DNA of 64,000 nt from Candidatus Bathyarchaeota archaeon (GCA_963769425.1 CAVYLP010000006.1:160001-224000), one strand, 5' to 3'; shown: positions 18,194 to 28,627, counted from the first letter of the stretch. Made by a program: numbers and translations. The notes: generated by a model from the letters alone, not told the origin.

Positions 18194-20107
18194 ATGCCGA
18201 GAAGGCTCGAGATCGAGGACCTTGACAGGTTCGTGATGGCGTCCCACCCGCAGCTGTCGCCTGATGGGGGGAGTCTGGCTTACGTAGTCACGAGGGTGGA
18301 GGGCGAAGTCTACGTACCCACGCTCTACCTCGTCGACCCCAGTGACGGGTCGCCTAAGAAGTACTGGGAGAGGGCTAGGAACCCGGTTTGGAGCCCCGAC
18401 GGCTCTCAGCTCGCCTTCGTCTCAAACAGGGGCCTGAAGGAGGGGGAGAAGGGTACCGAGATCTGGGTGACGACGCTCTGCGGCGAGCCGCGCTTCGTCT
18501 GTAAGGTGTCGGGGGGTGTCGAGCAGCCCGCGTGGAGCGGGGACGGCGGCAGCATTTACTTCCTCAGCTACGTGGGGAGGGAGCCGAAGGACGCCCGGGT
18601 GATCGACCACATCCCGTTCTGGTACGATGGCGTCGGCTGGACCCACTACAGGAGGAAGCACCTGCACGTCGTGGATGTCGCCTCAGGGATGGTAAAGCAG
18701 CTCACCGAGGGGGAGTCGGATGTGGTCTGCCACGCCCCCTCGAACAAGGAGGAGCAGGTCGCATACGCCATCTCCGAGACCGAACTGGCCCCGCGCGAGA
18801 CCTCCCTATACGTTCTGGATCGTGAGAAGGGCGAGTGCAGGAGGATACTCGAGAAGTACGCGGTGGCGAGCCTCGGTTGGTCACCCGGCGACGGACTACT
18901 CTACTTCTCAGGTAGCGACCTGAGTCGTGGCTACCAGACGCACACGACTGTGTGGGTCATCCCGCCGATCGGGGGTGAGCCCACGGACCTCACTGGGAGG
19001 CTCGACCGTGGTAGCGGGCGCGTCGTCTACAACGACCTGCGCAGCCAATACGCGGGACCGCCCAACCCGGTCTGGGACGTCGATAGGATCTACTTCCCCG
19101 TCAGCGACGGTGGCGGTTACGCTATACAAAGCGTCAGGCCCGAGGATGGGGAGATCGCGCAGGTGGTCTTCGGCGACTTCTGTGTCGAGGAGTTCTCCGT
19201 CAGGGGAGGCGTCGTCGCGTACACCCGGACGGGTGTCGCGGATCCGATGGAGGTCTACGTCAGTAAGGGTAAGAGGGAGACGAGGCTCACCCACCTCTGC
19301 GACGCCCCGCTCGCCGAGGCGCCGATGATCGACGCCGAGCACTTCACGTTCGAGGCGAGCGACGGCGCTAACATCGAGGGGTGGCTCATAAAGCCATACG
19401 GGTGGAGGGAGGGGAAGAGCTACCCAACCATCTTCGACATACACGGCGGACCGCGGAGCAAGTACGGGTACGCACCCATGTTCGAGCACCAGATATACGC
19501 CTCGGAGGGTTACGCCGTCGTCTACGCCAACATCAGGGGCAGCGACGGCTATGACCAGGAGTTCGCCGACATCAGGACACGCTACGGGACCCGGGACTAC
19601 CAAGACTTCATGGAGATGGTTGATCACGCCCTCGGCGCCTACGACTGGATCGACCAGACCCGAATCGCCGTCACTGGGCTAAGCTACGGCGGATTCATGA
19701 CAAACTGGGTCATCGGCCACACCGACCGCTTCAGGTGCGCCCTGAGCCAGAACAGCATCTGCAACTGGGTCAGCTTCTTCGGAACCACCGACATCGGGTT
19801 CCACTTCGGCCCCGACCAGATCGGGGGAGACCCCTGGAGCAACCCCGAAGCATACGCGGAGAAGTCGCCCCTCAACTACGCGAAGAATGTCAAGACCCCA
19901 ACGATGTTCATCCACAGCATCAACGATAACAGGTGCTGGATAGACCAGAGCATACAGATGTACACGGCCCTCAAGTACCTCGGAGTAGAGACGAAGCTGA
20001 TTCTATACACAGAGGGAAGCCACACCTTCAGGAACCTGGCGAGGCCAACGATCCGGAAGCGCCGTCTACACGACATGGTCGACTGGTTCAACTGCCACCT
20101 GAAGTGA
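18194..20107 (+). CDS. S9 family (acylaminoacyl/dipeptidyl) peptidase
   Basis: SPDG/WSPDG propeller repeats, IHGGP, GLSYGG, D.RC, EGSH catalytic motifs. Confidence 0.92.
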   Translation: MPRRLEIEDLDRFVMASHPQLSPDGGSLAYVVTRVEGEVYVPTLYLVDPSDGSPKKYWERARNPVWSPDGSQLAFVSNRGLKEGEKGTEIWVTTLCGEPRFVCKVSGGVEQPAWSGDGGSIYFLSYVGREPKDARVIDHIPFWYDGVGWTHYRRKHLHVVDVASGMVKQLTEGESDVVCHAPSNKEEQVAYAISETELAPRETSLYVLDREKGECRRILEKYAVASLGWSPGDGLLYFSGSDLSRGYQTHTTVWVIPPIGGEPTDLTGRLDRGSGRVVYNDLRSQYAGPPNPVWDVDRIYFPVSDGGGYAIQSVRPEDGEIAQVVFGDFCVEEFSVRGGVVAYTRTGVADPMEVYVSKGKRETRLTHLCDAPLAEAPMIDAEHFTFEASDGANIEGWLIKPYGWREGKSYPTIFDIHGGPRSKYGYAPMFEHQIYASEGYAVVYANIRGSDGYDQEFADIRTRYGTRDYQDFMEMVDHALGAYDWIDQTRIAVTGLSYGGFMTNWVIGHTDRFRCALSQNSICNWVSFFGTTDIGFHFGPDQIGGDPWSNPEAYAEKSPLNYAKNVKTPTMFIHSINDNRCWIDQSIQMYTALKYLGVETKLILYTEGSHTFRNLARPTIRKRRLHDMVDWFNCHLK

Positions 20108-20337
20108 CCCATTTTGCAAGGTTGAGGTCCCAAGGAAAAATGCCAACTATGTGCGACTCAAGGTAAGAAGAGAATCGTTAGGACGTGAAATAGATAAGCA
20201 GATTGAGTTTTTTATTGTAAACAACGCTGTTTACAAAGAAAAGAAATATAATGTTATGAAGAAATACTCCACAAACGTTAATTCTCATTTTGTCATAAAT
20301 CTATTCTAAATGCCATTCAGCTTCAAGGAGAGAAAAA

Positions 20338-21879
20338 ATGGCGGCCAATAAAAAAATCGACGTTCATAAATTTATTACAACAATCTATAATCCTAATTTA
20401 AACGAATTTATGAATTCCGTTTCGGATAACGGATTGGGATCATCTATCTCTGAAGGACGAATAATATATGGAAAAAATAAGCTTAATTTGTCTTCTGACG
20501 GTTTTTCCTTATTTCAAATTAGAAATAACGTCTTCCATTTAGGCGCATCACAGTCATCGGATTTTAGTGTGGATTATGATTCCTTCCTTTTATCCCTTGA
20601 ACCCCTGTACAAGTTCTATCTAAAAAACAGGGGAAATCATTTATCGAAGAAAATTGAGGATGTTTTAAGATCGACTGATTTAATGCTAGAGACTGATTAT
20701 TTTTCAACTAAACTATCTAAAAATGAATCCTACCAAGAAAATTTCAGTAGAGGTATTATAGACAGAAATTCTATAGGTGTTAAAAAATTTGAACAAAGCT
20801 ACAATGACTATCAGGGTAAGAAATTATTGGATACAGAATTGCATCTGAAAGAAAATGAGTCAAAAAAGGTCTCTGAAGGAACCTATGAAAAAATTGGCCC
20901 AGAGGAAGCATATGAATTTGATTCTTCATCAGGATTCGTGAGAAAGAAGGAAGAAGTGGATAAATGGTCAGAAGAGAAATTCTATAGTGAAGTCGGTCTT
21001 GGTGGACCTCAGAAATGGGGGGAAGGTCTACGAAGCATGGGTCCTAAAAACAAGAAAAACAGGGGACACATCAAAGTAGCTATTATCCTATCGATAATAT
21101 TAATAGGAACATATTATGTCACCACAACTTCTCTTCTTTCAGAATTCAGTGGTTTTCTTCAAACCCAAATGGCGGTAATTTCTTCTACACTAAGCTCTGT
21201 GGGCAAAGTAGAAAATGGCGATAGCTCTCAACTCCCAATCATTACCTTCTTTTCAAATAATACTGCTACAACTGGCAGGTATAAAAATTATCAACTTGGG
21301 CTTATCAAAGCTCCTGGGGGAGTCGAAGTAAATAGTTATGGAGATTTTATAGTCTTAATAAATAATAAGAATGCTAAGAATCCAACATACACTCAACTTA
21401 CTAGCTTTCTAAAATCAGATAAAACTGATCAGTATTCATATCAATTTGTTACCACCACCCTTGGCAGTTATTCTGGAAGTGCGGAAAGTTACGTGGATTT
21501 GAATACAATAGAAGAAATAATCGATGGCACGAAACAGCCGAATCCTCCTCGGATATGCGCTGACTTCGCTGAATTACTTCATAATAATGCCGAAAGAGCT
21601 GGCATTCGATGTGCCTTTGTATCTATCGAAGTTGGTGGTTCGGGACATACTTTAAATGCATTTGAAACGATTGATAGAGGATTAGTTTACATTGATGATA
21701 CTGGTTATCTGAGCGGTTTCAGCCCATCAAGTTGTGATAAGATAATTAATGTTCTAAAAGTGGGTAGTCAATACAGCCCAAATAGTCTATTCCCCGAATC
21801 TGGTTGGAGTTCAACTTGGGAAAATGCTGGAACCGTCACAAGCATTTACATGACCTGGGATGGCAACTGGAATAATTAG
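20338..21879 (+). CDS. AT-rich membrane protein with a C-terminal transglutaminase/papain-like Cys-His-Asp domain
   Basis: Central TM (IKVAIILSIILIGTYYV); CADFA..LHNNAE.AGIRC, GHTLNAFET.DRGLVYID. Confidence 0.65.
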   Translation: MAANKKIDVHKFITTIYNPNLNEFMNSVSDNGLGSSISEGRIIYGKNKLNLSSDGFSLFQIRNNVFHLGASQSSDFSVDYDSFLLSLEPLYKFYLKNRGNHLSKKIEDVLRSTDLMLETDYFSTKLSKNESYQENFSRGIIDRNSIGVKKFEQSYNDYQGKKLLDTELHLKENESKKVSEGTYEKIGPEEAYEFDSSSGFVRKKEEVDKWSEEKFYSEVGLGGPQKWGEGLRSMGPKNKKNRGHIKVAIILSIILIGTYYVTTTSLLSEFSGFLQTQMAVISSTLSSVGKVENGDSSQLPIITFFSNNTATTGRYKNYQLGLIKAPGGVEVNSYGDFIVLINNKNAKNPTYTQLTSFLKSDKTDQYSYQFVTTTLGSYSGSAESYVDLNTIEEIIDGTKQPNPPRICADFAELLHNNAERAGIRCAFVSIEVGGSGHTLNAFETIDRGLVYIDDTGYLSGFSPSSCDKIINVLKVGSQYSPNSLFPESGWSSTWENAGTVTSIYMTWDGNWNN

Positions 21880-21892
21880 GATATGTATTAAA

Positions 21893-22246
21893 ATGGCTAA
21901 AAGAAGACGAGGAACAGCTATAGTTGATACTCTCGATGGTATTTTGGTAGTCAGTCAAGATGGGAAAACATTTCTTCTTCCTGGTGGAGGTGCCAAAAGC
22001 AACGAGAGTAGGATGAATGCTGCGTTGAGAGAACTCACTGAGGAGACTGGTTTAGTTCCTACGGGATGTATTTTTCTTTTTGAATACGAATCTCATACCA
22101 CGTTCCACAAAGTATTTTTAATAAAATGTTCAGGTATCGCAAAACCAAGTCATGAAATAAGATACGTTACTTATTTTACTGGTAACAATGTAAGATTATC
22201 ATCTGGGACTAAGGCTATCTTAGAAAAATATTATGCCATGAATTGA
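21893..22246 (+). CDS. NUDIX hydrolase
   Basis: Nudix box GGGAKSNESRMNAALRELTEETG. Confidence 0.9.
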   Translation: MAKRRRGTAIVDTLDGILVVSQDGKTFLLPGGGAKSNESRMNAALRELTEETGLVPTGCIFLFEYESHTTFHKVFLIKCSGIAKPSHEIRYVTYFTGNNVRLSSGTKAILEKYYAMN

Positions 22247-22335
22247 GGTATAAACTGGAAAAAGGCTAATCTGCGCAAAATTTTGGTTAATGGAATTTAT
22301 AAAATACAATATTAATCATTTGCTGGTGAGCGTTC

Positions 22336-22782
22336 ATGGGTATTATAAAAGGGAGCTACTGCCTCTGTATAAGGGTCGACAGGGATTCGGAGATCAAAGT
22401 AGGCTCCTTCGGACTCATCCAATTTCCAAAAGGTCGATATGTCTACGTCGGCTCCGCCCTGAACAGTCTGATTCCCCGTCTCGGGAGACACCTGAGGACG
22501 AGCAAGGGGGAGGGGAGGGTCGCGCACTGGCACATCGACTATCTCCTCCGCGAGCCGGGCGTCGAGATAGAGGCCATCTACGCCACCGACTGGGCAGTGC
22601 GAATGGAGTGCGAGATAGCAGCCCACGTCGCAGAGAAGGGTGAACCCGTCCCCCGGTTCGGCTGCAGCGACTGCGCCTGCGTGAGCCACCTCTACAGGGT
22701 GAAGTCCTTCGGGTTCATCAGAGAAACCGGGTTAAAAAGGGTGGACCTGTCTACGCTTGCTTCTTCGCCATCTCCTCAATGA
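22336..22782 (+). CDS. GIY-YIG/Uri superfamily endonuclease (DUF123)
   Basis: KGSY, YVYVGSA, HWHIDYL, FGCSDC.C.SHL. Confidence 0.9.
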   Translation: MGIIKGSYCLCIRVDRDSEIKVGSFGLIQFPKGRYVYVGSALNSLIPRLGRHLRTSKGEGRVAHWHIDYLLREPGVEIEAIYATDWAVRMECEIAAHVAEKGEPVPRFGCSDCACVSHLYRVKSFGFIRETGLKRVDLSTLASSPSPQ

Positions 22783-23062
22783 TCGGGATGGCCAGCTCGG
22801 CGTTCGTGACCCCCGTGTTAAAGGCAAGGAGGGCTGCGGACTCTATCTGTTTCTTGGGTATCCCCGCTTTGAGGGCGAGGCCGACGAAGTGGCGTAGCGC
22901 GACGGGGTCGCGTGTCGTCGAGTAGATCCCTATGAGGATGAGGAGCCTGGTCTTCTCGTCTAGGCCGCCGTGGGTCGTCACGGCTTGGCTGAGCTTCATG
23001 TAGGCGTCGCTTACGCTGGGGCATTCCCCGGCGAATATCTCCCAAACGCTCTTCTCCGGCAT
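22751..23062 (-). CDS. carboxymuconolactone decarboxylase (CMD/AhpD) family protein
   Basis: LDEKTRLLI.I, A..AG....I motifs; 103 aa. Confidence 0.8.
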   Translation of the reverse strand: MPEKSVWEIFAGECPSVSDAYMKLSQAVTTHGGLDEKTRLLILIGIYSTTRDPVALRHFVGLALKAGIPKKQIESAALLAFNTGVTNAELAIPIIEEMAKKQA

Positions 23063-23172
23063 CTTTGGTCGCGTACTCCGTGTCTACTCGTTGTATTTAT
23101 TGCCTTGGAGTGGTCACCGGTTCACTTTAATAGTTAGTTTCACTGAGTGAGGGTAAGGGCTTCGGTGCGTAA

Positions 23173-23823
23173 ATGGGGGCTAAAGGGTCTACCGAGGAGT
23201 TCATGCGAGACGTAGACGCGGTAGTCTCCAAGATTCTAGAGAAACTCGACCCAGTATACCATCCGAAGATACACGTTCTCCGCGACGACCTCGAGAGGAT
23301 GCACAAGCAGAACAGGGTCAAGATCAACCACTCCGTCATGGAGTTGGTGTGCGCTGCCCACCTCGTCCACGCAGGGTTCGACGTCCAGCTTGAGACGGCT
23401 GTCAACGGGATAAGCACCGACGTCTACGCCGAGAAGGGGCTGGGGAGCCTCATGGTCGAGGCGGAGACGGGATTCGTTCCACCGGAGAACGCCATCGACC
23501 CGTTAGTATATCTGCGGGCGAGAGCCGCGAGCAAGATTACGAGGTACAGCGGATACGCCAGCAAGTTCGTCCTAGCGACTCCACCCTATTATGTTCTCCA
23601 GATCCCGCCGAGCCTCACGAAGCCGCCCAGGTTCCGCACCGAAGATGAAATCGCCTCGATAAAGCGACTCTGCGACCTATACTACAGCAACCCCCCAGTG
23701 AGCATCGAGGAGATCAGGAACGCCCGTCTCCACGCCATATACATCGTTGACGTAGACAACGTCTCCATCAGGGAGTGGGAAGTCAACGAGTACATGGGAA
23801 AAGCCAGCCTCTGGAACACATAA
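23173..23823 (+). CDS. conserved archaeal hypothetical protein, possible PD-(D/E)XK-like fold
   Basis: NHSVMEL, DVYAEK, VEAETGFVPP, SKITRYS; host-like codon usage. Confidence 0.7.
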   Translation: MGAKGSTEEFMRDVDAVVSKILEKLDPVYHPKIHVLRDDLERMHKQNRVKINHSVMELVCAAHLVHAGFDVQLETAVNGISTDVYAEKGLGSLMVEAETGFVPPENAIDPLVYLRARAASKITRYSGYASKFVLATPPYYVLQIPPSLTKPPRFRTEDEIASIKRLCDLYYSNPPVSIEEIRNARLHAIYIVDVDNVSIREWEVNEYMGKASLWNT

Positions 23824-23926
23824 AATGAGGACCGAACTCCTCGCTTGGCAAAAGGGAAAAAGTTATAAAAAAAAAGTGGCTAGAAAGGTTTAAGATAACC
23901 GGGTTATCCCTGAGAGGGAGGTTTAC

Positions 23927-24169
23927 GTGAACTCCTCAATCGCGACGATCGGCGTGGGATTCCTCATCGCGTGGCTAGGCGTGATTATGGTCTACCTCAG
24001 CCTGCGCGCCGAACCGATCGATCTCGATAGGAGACACCTCGGATTCCTAAACGGGCCGATCGCCAAGGTGAGCGAGAGCAGGAGGGCGATAAAGTTCCTA
24101 ATAGTGGTTGGAATCCTGGTGACAGCTGTACTGTACGCCGCCTCTTGGGTAGGGTTGATAGCCTGGTGA
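23927..24169 (+). CDS. small two-TM membrane protein
   Basis: Two hydrophobic helices; GGAGG upstream; GTGA overlap with the next gene. Confidence 0.65.
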   Translation: MNSSIATIGVGFLIAWLGVIMVYLSLRAEPIDLDRRHLGFLNGPIAKVSESRRAIKFLIVVGILVTAVLYAASWVGLIAW

Positions 24170-24834
24170 CAGAGAAGAGAGACGATATTTGCTGGGTCTG
24201 CGGTAGCGAGGGGGCGGACACTATGTGCCCCCGCTGCGGTCACCGCGTCTGCAGAGACTGCTTCGACGAGGATACCCAAATGTGCCTCGACTGCGTCGAG
24301 GATAAGGTCAACTCGAGGGCGCGGACGAAGAAGGTCTTGCTCGTGGGCGGCCTCCTCATGATGGTCGTGGGGCTATCCGCCGCGGCCGCGGGGATAGTCG
24401 CGGGGATTCCTACCCAGGGCGTGACAGTTATCTTTCCATTCATCATGGGGGACGTGAGCCCGGTGATAGCCGGTGCATACAGCTTCGTATTCTTCCTCAC
24501 CTTCGCCTCCGTCTCGCTGCTTCCTTGGTACATACACACCCACGTGAAGCCGACCCACGAGGACAGCGAGGACGTCACCATAGTCGAGGGAAACCTACTC
24601 GGGGGGGAGCACTTCGAACGCGTCGAGTACGTCATAACCGCGGAGATGCCGAGGAGGCTAGAGAAAACGATCCTCGTCGAGACGAACGGGGACTCGATCC
24701 ACCTCCACAGCTCAGCGGACAAGGATTTCGGTAGGAGCTACCCGATCCCCGAGGGACACGAACTGGAGGGACTCGACTACGACTACGAGGAGGGCTACCT
24801 TGTCCTCCGCCTCCACCTAATCAGAATCCCGTAG
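24166..24834 (+). CDS. Zn-finger + two TM + Hsp20-like domain protein
   Basis: Four CxxC pairs at the N-terminus, two TMs, C-terminal ITAEMP...RSYPIP...YEEGYLVLRL. Confidence 0.65.
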   Translation: MTEKRDDICWVCGSEGADTMCPRCGHRVCRDCFDEDTQMCLDCVEDKVNSRARTKKVLLVGGLLMMVVGLSAAAAGIVAGIPTQGVTVIFPFIMGDVSPVIAGAYSFVFFLTFASVSLLPWYIHTHVKPTHEDSEDVTIVEGNLLGGEHFERVEYVITAEMPRRLEKTILVETNGDSIHLHSSADKDFGRSYPIPEGHELEGLDYDYEEGYLVLRLHLIRIP

Positions 24835-24875
24835 AAGCCTTTTAACAGAGACTCTACCAGACCTACCCGATAGAG

Positions 24876-25526
24876 TTGCCTCAGATCATCAACCTCGCCA
24901 ACGACACCCCGACCCTACGCGGCGTCAACATGATTGTGGGGGATGGGTTATGCAGCAACATATACGTCGTCGGCAGGGAGAGAGCGACCATAATCGACAC
25001 GGGTGTTGGGAACCGCCAGAACCCAGTCTGGCCCCAGCTCAGGGAACTTGGTGTGGAGCCGGGAAACGTAGAGAAGATCATAATCACACACGCACACCAC
25101 GACCATGCAATGGGAACCTTCCTAATCCTCGAGAAGGCGAAGCCCAAGGTCTACGTCCACGAGGCCGACGCTGGCTTCATAGCGTCCAGCCTCGGCGACT
25201 CCCTCGTGAAGGTGAGGGAGGGGGACGTCATCGAGACGGAGCTGTGGCCCCTTGAGGTTATCTGGACCCCCGGCCATACTGGGGGCGGGATGTGCCTCTA
25301 CGCGAGGGATCGGAGGATACTCTTCTCCGGGGACACGGCCTTCCCCGACGGCTACTTCGGCAGGTTCGACGGCGAGTCGGGGAGCCTCGACAATCTCGTC
25401 GAGTCGCTGAGGAAGCTGACGAAGCTCAGGGTGGATGTCATGTTGGCGGGCCACGGCGTCCCCGTGCTGAGGGGGGCGGAGGAGAACCTGAAGCTGGCGC
25501 TCAGAAACGCGGAACTTTACGCTTAA
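24876..25526 (+). CDS. metallo-beta-lactamase fold hydrolase
   Basis: IDTG, THAHHDH, PGHT, SGD, GHG. Confidence 0.92.
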   Translation: MPQIINLANDTPTLRGVNMIVGDGLCSNIYVVGRERATIIDTGVGNRQNPVWPQLRELGVEPGNVEKIIITHAHHDHAMGTFLILEKAKPKVYVHEADAGFIASSLGDSLVKVREGDVIETELWPLEVIWTPGHTGGGMCLYARDRRILFSGDTAFPDGYFGRFDGESGSLDNLVESLRKLTKLRVDVMLAGHGVPVLRGAEENLKLALRNAELYA

Positions 25527-26416
25527 CCGAGCGGCCTTGTCTTGACTAGATGGGTGTACTGGTAGCTTATCGCTGAGTCGGCCCTGAAGAACATGCCGTC
25601 TGAGTCAGTGATCTTCGCGTCCGCCACGATCCTCAGCGCCGTGGAGTACCGGACCTCGACCCACGTCCTCAGGAGAGGGCTCCCGCTCTGCGGTATGGTG
25701 GGTATCTTAACCGTGTACTTCACGCTGTGTGTGGTGTAGGTGTAGTTTTTAGGGTAGAGTTCTTGCCAGATGGCCTGATATTGGGGTGGGTCGCAGACGG
25801 CCGTCGGAGATGTTGAGACGTCGCTGATGTCAGATACTGTGATCAACCACGTGTAGATGCCGATCTGGGTGACGTTGCCGTTACGGCTCACGCTAAAGGG
25901 GGATATGGTGACGTTGACGTCGGTGTTGTCTCCCCAGTAGATGTTCGAGGGGGTCACTGTCGTCTCCGGCGACTGACCCGGGTAGAAGACGCCCTCGACT
26001 GGGTCCATCTTGAAAGCCGCCTGCCCCGCCACCTTGTCGCTCGTCTTCAGGCCCGTGGCCACGACCGTGATGTTGCCTGTGTCGGGGTCGTAGGTCACCT
26101 GTATGTTGGTGGTGTCCTGCTGGACGGGTATCTCGGTTAGGTGTGGCTGAGCCTTGTCGTGCACGGTCACCTTGGGCGTGTCCTCCACGGCGTATATACC
26201 GTAGTCGATGAGGTACCTTGTCTCGGTCACGTTGCCAGTCTTGTTCGTCCAGTAGGATTCGCTACGGCTGACGTTCACGTAGCCCACGGGCGTGTTTGTG
26301 ACGGGGGAGGGGGAGGGGCGGAAGAGCACGGCTGCGACGCTGACCGTGAAGAGTGCTATGAAGACGATGGCTATGATGACCTTTTTGTTGATCTTTTTCC
26401 TCGACTTCTCCGGCAA
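25523..26416 (-). CDS. membrane-anchored extracellular hypothetical protein
   Basis: Basic N-terminus, TM, Thr/Val-rich beta-type ectodomain with N-x-S/T sequons. Confidence 0.7.
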   Translation of the reverse strand: MPEKSRKKINKKVIIAIVFIALFTVSVAAVLFRPSPSPVTNTPVGYVNVSRSESYWTNKTGNVTETRYLIDYGIYAVEDTPKVTVHDKAQPHLTEIPVQQDTTNIQVTYDPDTGNITVVATGLKTSDKVAGQAAFKMDPVEGVFYPGQSPETTVTPSNIYWGDNTDVNVTISPFSVSRNGNVTQIGIYTWLITVSDISDVSTSPTAVCDPPQYQAIWQELYPKNYTYTTHSVKYTVKIPTIPQSGSPLLRTWVEVRYSTALRIVADAKITDSDGMFFRADSAISYQYTHLVKTRPLG

Positions 26417-26516
26417 GGCTATCAGAGCAGCTTCGGGTTGGTCGCTGATAAGGCTTATTCAGGATCAGTCCCAAATCCCTTAAGCGCGCTCAGCCCTCCT
26501 ACGTATTCGACAATTC

Positions 26517-27545
26517 ATGGTCGAGAAGAATCTGGATTTTAGAAGCGACACGGTGACGTGGCCGACGCCCGAGATGAGGGAGGCGGCGTTCAAGGCGAAG
26601 GTCGGGGACGACGTCATGGGAGACGACCCGACGGTGAACGAGCTGGAGAGGATCGCGGCCGAGATCACGGGTAAGGAGGCAGCGCTCTTCGTCACCAGCG
26701 GCACTATGGGGAACGCGGTCAGCGTCCTCGCCCACACGCAGCGCGGCGACGAGATAATCCTCGAGAAGACTAGCCACATATTCGTGAACGAGGTTGGAGG
26801 CCTCGCCGTCATGGGGCAACTCATGGCGCGCACCGTCCCCGGCGAACTCGGCTGGATGAAGCCCGAGGACATCGAGAAGGCGATCAGGCCGGAGAACATC
26901 CACTACCCGCCGACGCGACTCGTCTGCATCGAGAACACACATAACTCGGCGGGAGGCATCGCGCTCACCCCGAAGCAGATGAAGGCAGACTGGGATGTGG
27001 CTAAGAAGCATGGCCTCGCCGTCCACATGGACGGGGCGAGGGTCTTCAACGCATCAGTCGCCCTAGGCGTCGACGTCAAGGAGCTGACGAGGTACGCGGA
27101 CACTGTCCAGATATGCCTGAGCAAAGGCTTGAGTGCCCCGGTGGGCAGCGTAGTCGTCGGCCCAGCCGAGGTCGTGAAGAGGGCTAGGAAGTACAGGAAG
27201 ATGCTCGGTGGAGGCATGAGGCAAGCGGGCATAATCGCGGCTCCCGGCATCATAGCCATCACCAAGATGGTCGATAGGCTCAAGGACGACCATGACAATG
27301 CCAAGCTCCTCTCTGAGGGGCTCGGGAAGCTGGGCATCAAGGTCGTGAACCAGGTCCAGACGAACATGGTCTACATCGACTACACGCCCATTGGGTGGAA
27401 GGACGCCGACTGGAACAAGGCGACGAAGAAGATCGGCTGGAAGAGCGAAGGGCACGGCGGCGGTACGCGCCTCTGCACCCACTACGGCATCGAAAGCGAG
27501 GACATAAAGGCATTCGTCGACGGCCTCGCAAAGCAGATCAAGTAG
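26517..27545 (+). CDS. ltaE: low-specificity L-threonine aldolase
   Basis: [43 protein letters not shown]. Confidence 0.93.
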   Translation: MVEKNLDFRSDTVTWPTPEMREAAFKAKVGDDVMGDDPTVNELERIAAEITGKEAALFVTSGTMGNAVSVLAHTQRGDEIILEKTSHIFVNEVGGLAVMGQLMARTVPGELGWMKPEDIEKAIRPENIHYPPTRLVCIENTHNSAGGIALTPKQMKADWDVAKKHGLAVHMDGARVFNASVALGVDVKELTRYADTVQICLSKGLSAPVGSVVVGPAEVVKRARKYRKMLGGGMRQAGIIAAPGIIAITKMVDRLKDDHDNAKLLSEGLGKLGIKVVNQVQTNMVYIDYTPIGWKDADWNKATKKIGWKSEGHGGGTRLCTHYGIESEDIKAFVDGLAKQIK

Positions 27546-27583
27546 CCAACCCTTTTTTACAACCTCCGCCCGCTTCCTTCTCT

Positions 27584-28627
27584 ATGATTATAACCGAGGC
27601 CCAGGGGCTCAGGGAGCTCGGGACCCAGATATTCGTCGCCCTCGGGGCTCCGAAGGCGAAGGCGGAGTTCGTCGTCGAGACGCTCGTTGAGGCTAACCTC
27701 TGCGGGCACGACAGCCACGGCGTCTACTACTTCCCCGTCTACGGGGAGAGGATCAAGGTCGGACACATCCACCCGAAGGAGAACCCGAGGATAGTGAAGG
27801 AGACGCCTTCCTCCGCTTACCTAGATGGGCGGTGGGGCTTCGGCCAGATCGCGGCAAAGAAGATGATAGAGGTAGCCGTCGAGAAGGCGAAGACGAGCAT
27901 GGTCGCCGCAGTCGGAGGCTATAACATCAACCACATCGGCCGCCTCGGCTACTACACGACTTGGGCGACTGAGCAGGACATGGTGGGGATGATGTTCGCG
28001 AACGTCGGCAACCCGCTAGTGTCGCCGTTCCACGGGACGGGGAGGACATTCGGCACAAACCCGGCCAGTATAAGCACCCCCACCGCCACGGGGGAGAACT
28101 TCCTCATGGATTACGCCACGAGCCTAGCCGCGGCGGGGAAGCTCAGCGTGGCAAGGGCCAAGCACGTCAAGGTTCCCAGCCACTGGATCAGGGACAAGAA
28201 CGGCAACCCAACCGACGACCCCAACGCCTTCTACGACGGTGGCTACCTCGTCGGCTTCGGCGAGCACAAGGGCTACGGCGTCCAGATGGCGTCGGAGCTA
28301 CTCGGCGCCGCCCTCACGGGTAGCAGGACGAGCATGGACGACAGCCAGAACCCCCCGAGCCCCAACGGCGTCTTCTGCATAGCCATAAACCCCGAGGCGT
28401 TCGTCGGCCTACAGGCATTCAAGGAGAAGTCCACCGAGGTCATCAAGATAGTGAAGTCCCGGAAGCCGGAGAAGGGGCAGCAGGTGCTCGTCCCCGGGGA
28501 CCCGGAGAGGATAAGCAAGGCACAGAAGCTGCGCGACGGCATACAGCTCCCTGAGGACACCTGGGATCAGATCACGAAGATCAGCAATGAGCTCGGTATC
28601 GACGCGAAGATCGCCCTCAAGGCGTAG
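27584..28627 (+). CDS. Ldh2 family (type 2 malate/L-lactate) oxidoreductase
   Basis: GHDSHG, HIGRLG, GTNP, DYATS, HKGYG, PGDPE. Confidence 0.9.
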   Translation: MIITEAQGLRELGTQIFVALGAPKAKAEFVVETLVEANLCGHDSHGVYYFPVYGERIKVGHIHPKENPRIVKETPSSAYLDGRWGFGQIAAKKMIEVAVEKAKTSMVAAVGGYNINHIGRLGYYTTWATEQDMVGMMFANVGNPLVSPFHGTGRTFGTNPASISTPTATGENFLMDYATSLAAAGKLSVARAKHVKVPSHWIRDKNGNPTDDPNAFYDGGYLVGFGEHKGYGVQMASELLGAALTGSRTSMDDSQNPPSPNGVFCIAINPEAFVGLQAFKEKSTEVIKIVKSRKPEKGQQVLVPGDPERISKAQKLRDGIQLPEDTWDQITKISNELGIDAKIALKA

